A DNA stretch of 7,014 bases from a virus. The DNA lies in IMG/VR virus record IMGVR_UViG_3300029334_000087; one strand, written 5' to 3'. The notes under the pieces are model-generated. The model searched no databases. It was not told the DNA's origin and worked only from the letters and a program-made list of their open reading frames with translations. The translations under genes and the position numbers were made by a program. Positions 4,227 through 7,014 of the stretch are shown here, piece by piece. Position 1 is the first letter of the stretch. Each line of letters opens with the position of its first letter.

Positions 4227-5879
4227 ATGTACGAGGATATTCATTTTACAAATTGTGAACATCCACGATTAATCAGAAATCGTTATAGCGGTGAGTTTTT
4301 ATACGTTTCATGTGGTACGTGTGCTGTTTGTCGTAACCGCAAGTCTGCTATATTACAGCAACGTTTAACTTCTGAAATTGAACAGCATCTCTATAACTTT
4401 TTTTTCACTCTCACGTATGATGATGAATTCTTACCTACTGCACATTTTCACGTTTATCATGATTGTATTGCAGTTCTTGGTGTCAATCGTGTTAAATACA
4501 ATGCTGATAGAACTTATCAATCATACTATGAAGAAGATTTCGATTATGTTTCTGTCCCAATTGAAGAAGTTTCCGACAATGAAATTGATTGGCTTAAACG
4601 TACATCTTCTCATCGTCATGGTATTGTAAATCGTCATGATGTTATTTGTTTTATTAAAAGGTTAAACATTTATTTTCGTCGTAAATATGGAATATTGCAA
4701 AACGCATTTCGTTTCTTCGTTGCTTCCGAATACGGTCCCTCTACCTTTCGTCCGCATTATCATGGTGTACTCAGCACCGACCAGGCACTCGTTGCAAAAA
4801 ATCTGTACGCGGCTATATGTGCGTGTTGGAAAAATGGTTATATTGATTTCTCCGCCATCAACAGCTCCAGTAAGTGTTTGTCGTATATTACGAAATATGT
4901 CTCTAGCGATAGTTGTTATCCGAAAATTTTTGGCACAAAGATTAGCAAACCGTTCGTCCTTTATAGTAGAAGCCCGTCTCTCGGCTTTGTCTTCCCTGGT
5001 TCAACGACGCACAAAAAAATCGTCAATACGATATTACAGCACAGAGGTAATGGACATGATAAAGGCTTTCTCGATTTTGTCTCATGTCTGCCCTTGTATG
5101 TTAAGTCTTCGCTCTTCCCCAAGTGTAGGAAGTTTAGCTCGCAATCTCTTGCAGACTTACATAGAACTTATGCTACGTGCCAGCAACAACATTTCCCATT
5201 GACGTTTTTAACTGTTAACGATGATGTTGCAGAGTGGACTGTTTACCGTTCTGATAGCTTTTTCAAAGATTTGCTTAATAAAAATGATATTAACAATTAT
5301 AGATGTGATTTGTATTCTGATGAAATGATTTCTAAGCGTGTTAATAAACTTGCTAATCTTGTTGGTATATCGCGTGATGATTACGTTGATTGTATTTATA
5401 CGTTGTATGATGCTTGTCAATATAACCAGCTTATAAACGATTATCGTTTGCAAGAACTTTATACCTCGACTCGACCTAATACGGTTAAAAATCTTTGGTC
5501 ATTAAATGCTTCTTTGGTTCAACGTCTTTTTGATGCGTTGCTTATGGGTACTAAATGTCCTGTGTCTGAATACGAGTTCCTCGGTGAGCAATTCCGTAAT
5601 TTTGGTATCGAAATTCTTTTTACTGATTGGGATTATGTTCGTAATCGTTATATTTATTCTTTTAATCTTGAAGCTCTTGACAATTCGCAGTTTTCACTTC
5701 TTGTTTCAGAAATAAATTATATTGCTAAAAATAAACAAGTTGCCCATGATGCAGATAAAACTAAAAAGCTCAATGATAGCATGAATGTGCTTTCTCCCAC
5801 TTTTGATATGAAAGAGTATCTTAAACAAAAGAAACTTGTCAAAAAAGGTTTATTAAATAACATGTATCACTTAATTTAA
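4227..5879 (+). CDS. Rolling-circle replication initiation protein (Microviridae VP4 / phiX174 A-like HUH endonuclease), 550 aa
   Basis: There is an N-terminal Cys cluster (C10, C29-G-T-C32-A-V-C35). RCR motif 1 is FFFTLTYDD (4398..4424). The motif 2 HUH is H177-Y-H179 in RPHYHGVL (4755..4763). Motif 3 has two tyrosines, Y220-ITK-Y224 (4884..4898), as in phiX174 gpA YxxKY. The stop is TAA 5877..5879, 6 nt before the capsid ATG. Confidence 0.93.
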   Translation: MYEDIHFTNCEHPRLIRNRYSGEFLYVSCGTCAVCRNRKSAILQQRLTSEIEQHLYNFFFTLTYDDEFLPTAHFHVYHDCIAVLGVNRVKYNADRTYQSYYEEDFDYVSVPIEEVSDNEIDWLKRTSSHRHGIVNRHDVICFIKRLNIYFRRKYGILQNAFRFFVASEYGPSTFRPHYHGVLSTDQALVAKNLYAAICACWKNGYIDFSAINSSSKCLSYITKYVSSDSCYPKIFGTKISKPFVLYSRSPSLGFVFPGSTTHKKIVNTILQHRGNGHDKGFLDFVSCLPLYVKSSLFPKCRKFSSQSLADLHRTYATCQQQHFPLTFLTVNDDVAEWTVYRSDSFFKDLLNKNDINNYRCDLYSDEMISKRVNKLANLVGISRDDYVDCIYTLYDACQYNQLINDYRLQELYTSTRPNTVKNLWSLNASLVQRLFDALLMGTKCPVSEYEFLGEQFRNFGIEILFTDWDYVRNRYIYSFNLEALDNSQFSLLVSEINYIAKNKQVAHDADKTKKLNDSMNVLSPTFDMKEYLKQKKLVKKGLLNNMYHLI

Positions 5880-5885
5880 TTTTCT

Positions 5886-7014
5886 ATGTCTACAACTTTT
5901 GGTAAAATTCCGCACATTGCAGGAAAAGTTAGACGAAATGGTTTTGACCTTTCGCACAAACAAATGTTTACAGCCCCTTTAGGTATGCTTTTGCCTATCT
6001 ATTGCGAGGAAGTCGTACCCTCTGACCATTTTAAGATTTCGGTTCAGTCTCTCACTCGTACTTTGCCTCTAAATACGGCTGCCTTTGCCCGTGTTTCTGA
6101 GCATTTCGATTTCTTTTTTGTTCCATATCGTCGTCTTTATTCTGAGTTTGACGATTTTGTTATTGGAAACAATGAGAATGTCAATTTCTTTCGTTCTCTT
6201 GCCTTTGGAACCGCTGGTGAAGATGGTAAAGTAGTCTTATCTGCTCCACAGCTCAAAAACTCTGCTGGCGTTAACGTTTCAACTAAATCTGGTCAACGTC
6301 CATTGCTTTTTTCCTTACGTTATCTTGCTCAACAAGTTGTTTCTAGTCTTTATGCTAATCAAGAACATATAGAAGATGGTTCTTTCTTTGCTTCTTTTTC
6401 TGATGAACTCGGTTATCCTTTGCAGTTTGGAGCTCGTCGTTTACTCGACCTTTTAGGTTATGGTAATTATCATACCCCTCGTGGTGGTGGTGCTCCATCT
6501 TTTTATGGTACCCCTGATGTTGCAGAAGTTACTTCTACAGATAATCTTGTTAATCTTTTCGCTCTTCAAGCTTATCAAAAGATATACCAGGATTTTTATC
6601 GTAATACATATTGGCAAGCTGAAGATTTTAGCTTGTCCACCTCTAAATGGTATGATTATCTTACACGTACCTATACTAACGAGAGTTTACCTAATGATGT
6701 ATTAAAAGGTGATGTTGTTCCCTGGCTTCGTAAGTTGTTGACTATTCGTTATGCTGACTATAAAAAAGACATGCTTATGAGTATTAAACCTATGCAGCAG
6801 CTCGGCGATTTGACATTAATCTATAATGATACTGCCAATACTCGCAATATTGCTACTTATGACAATAGTGTCGATATGCAGTATAACTCCGAAAGTCCGC
6901 ATAATGGTGATATTTCCGATACTTTTACGAGTATTAATAATGGTTTATTTACTTCGCGCGCTATTGAAACTGCTTCCTCTGTAGGTCAGAGTAACCCAAG
7001 TAGTATTTATCTTT
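5886..7014 (+). CDS. Major capsid protein (Microviridae VP1/F family), N-terminal part, open at window end; full gene 5886..6911+1..882 = 635 aa
   Basis: I translated by hand from ATG 5886 and found no stop to 7014: MSTTFGKIPHIAGKVRRNGFDLSHKQMFTAPLGMLLPIYCEEVVPSDHFKISVQSLTRTLPLNTAAFARVSEHFDFFFVPYRRLY... and later LVNLFALQAYQKIYQDFYRNTYW. NGFDLS, the PxD motif, FFVPxR and AYQxIYxDxYR are hallmark Microviridae capsid motifs. It is absent from the ORF track only because it has no in-window stop. Confidence 0.93.
   Translation, partial: MSTTFGKIPHIAGKVRRNGFDLSHKQMFTAPLGMLLPIYCEEVVPSDHFKISVQSLTRTLPLNTAAFARVSEHFDFFFVPYRRLYSEFDDFVIGNNENVNFFRSLAFGTAGEDGKVVLSAPQLKNSAGVNVSTKSGQRPLLFSLRYLAQQVVSSLYANQEHIEDGSFFASFSDELGYPLQFGARRLLDLLGYGNYHTPRGGGAPSFYGTPDVAEVTSTDNLVNLFALQAYQKIYQDFYRNTYWQAEDFSLSTSKWYDYLTRTYTNESLPNDVLKGDVVPWLRKLLTIRYADYKKDMLMSIKPMQQLGDLTLIYNDTANTRNIATYDNSVDMQYNSESPHNGDISDTFTSINNGLFTSRAIETASSVGQSNPSSIYL
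6912..7014. repeat. Terminal redundancy (copy 2) of a circular genome assembly
   Basis: Exact copy of 1..103. The repeat lies inside the capsid reading frame and preserves it, as expected for circularisation overlap rather than a biological repeat. Confidence 0.97.

Overview
This window is one complete circular Microviridae (ssDNA phage) genome plus a 103-nt overlap. Bases 1..103 are identical to 6912..7014, giving a unit length of 6911 nt. All credible genes are on the + strand. In order, they are the major capsid protein (5886..6911 continuing in frame into 1..882, 635 aa, missing from the ORF track because it runs off the window end), a 128-aa acidic protein, a 516-aa VP2/H-like pilot protein, a small lipoprotein and a 550-aa HUH rolling-circle Rep (VP4/A-like). 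Long VP1 and Rep, Bacteroides-type TTTG/TAnnTTTG promoter motifs and the absence of Shine-Dalgarno sequences suggest an Alpavirinae-like phage of a Bacteroidota host; this is inference. The unusual part is the accessory segment 2876..4009. It holds (i) a very AT-rich orphan ORF with its own promoter, bracketed by two near-identical terminator hairpins like a phage moron. It also holds (ii) a non-coding GC-rich island of about 350-600 nt (about 65% G+C locally, against roughly 33-47% in three sampled 60-nt lines of core genes). The island is packed with at least 9 hairpins, carries a 47-nt alternating purine-pyrimidine tract and is flanked by 16/18 direct repeats. I could not match the island to any RNA or DNA element family by eye. 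It is the best candidate for something new, such as a complementary-strand origin, a structured ncRNA or leader, or captured or mobile DNA. The remaining track ORFs are explained as artefacts of T-ending codon bias.
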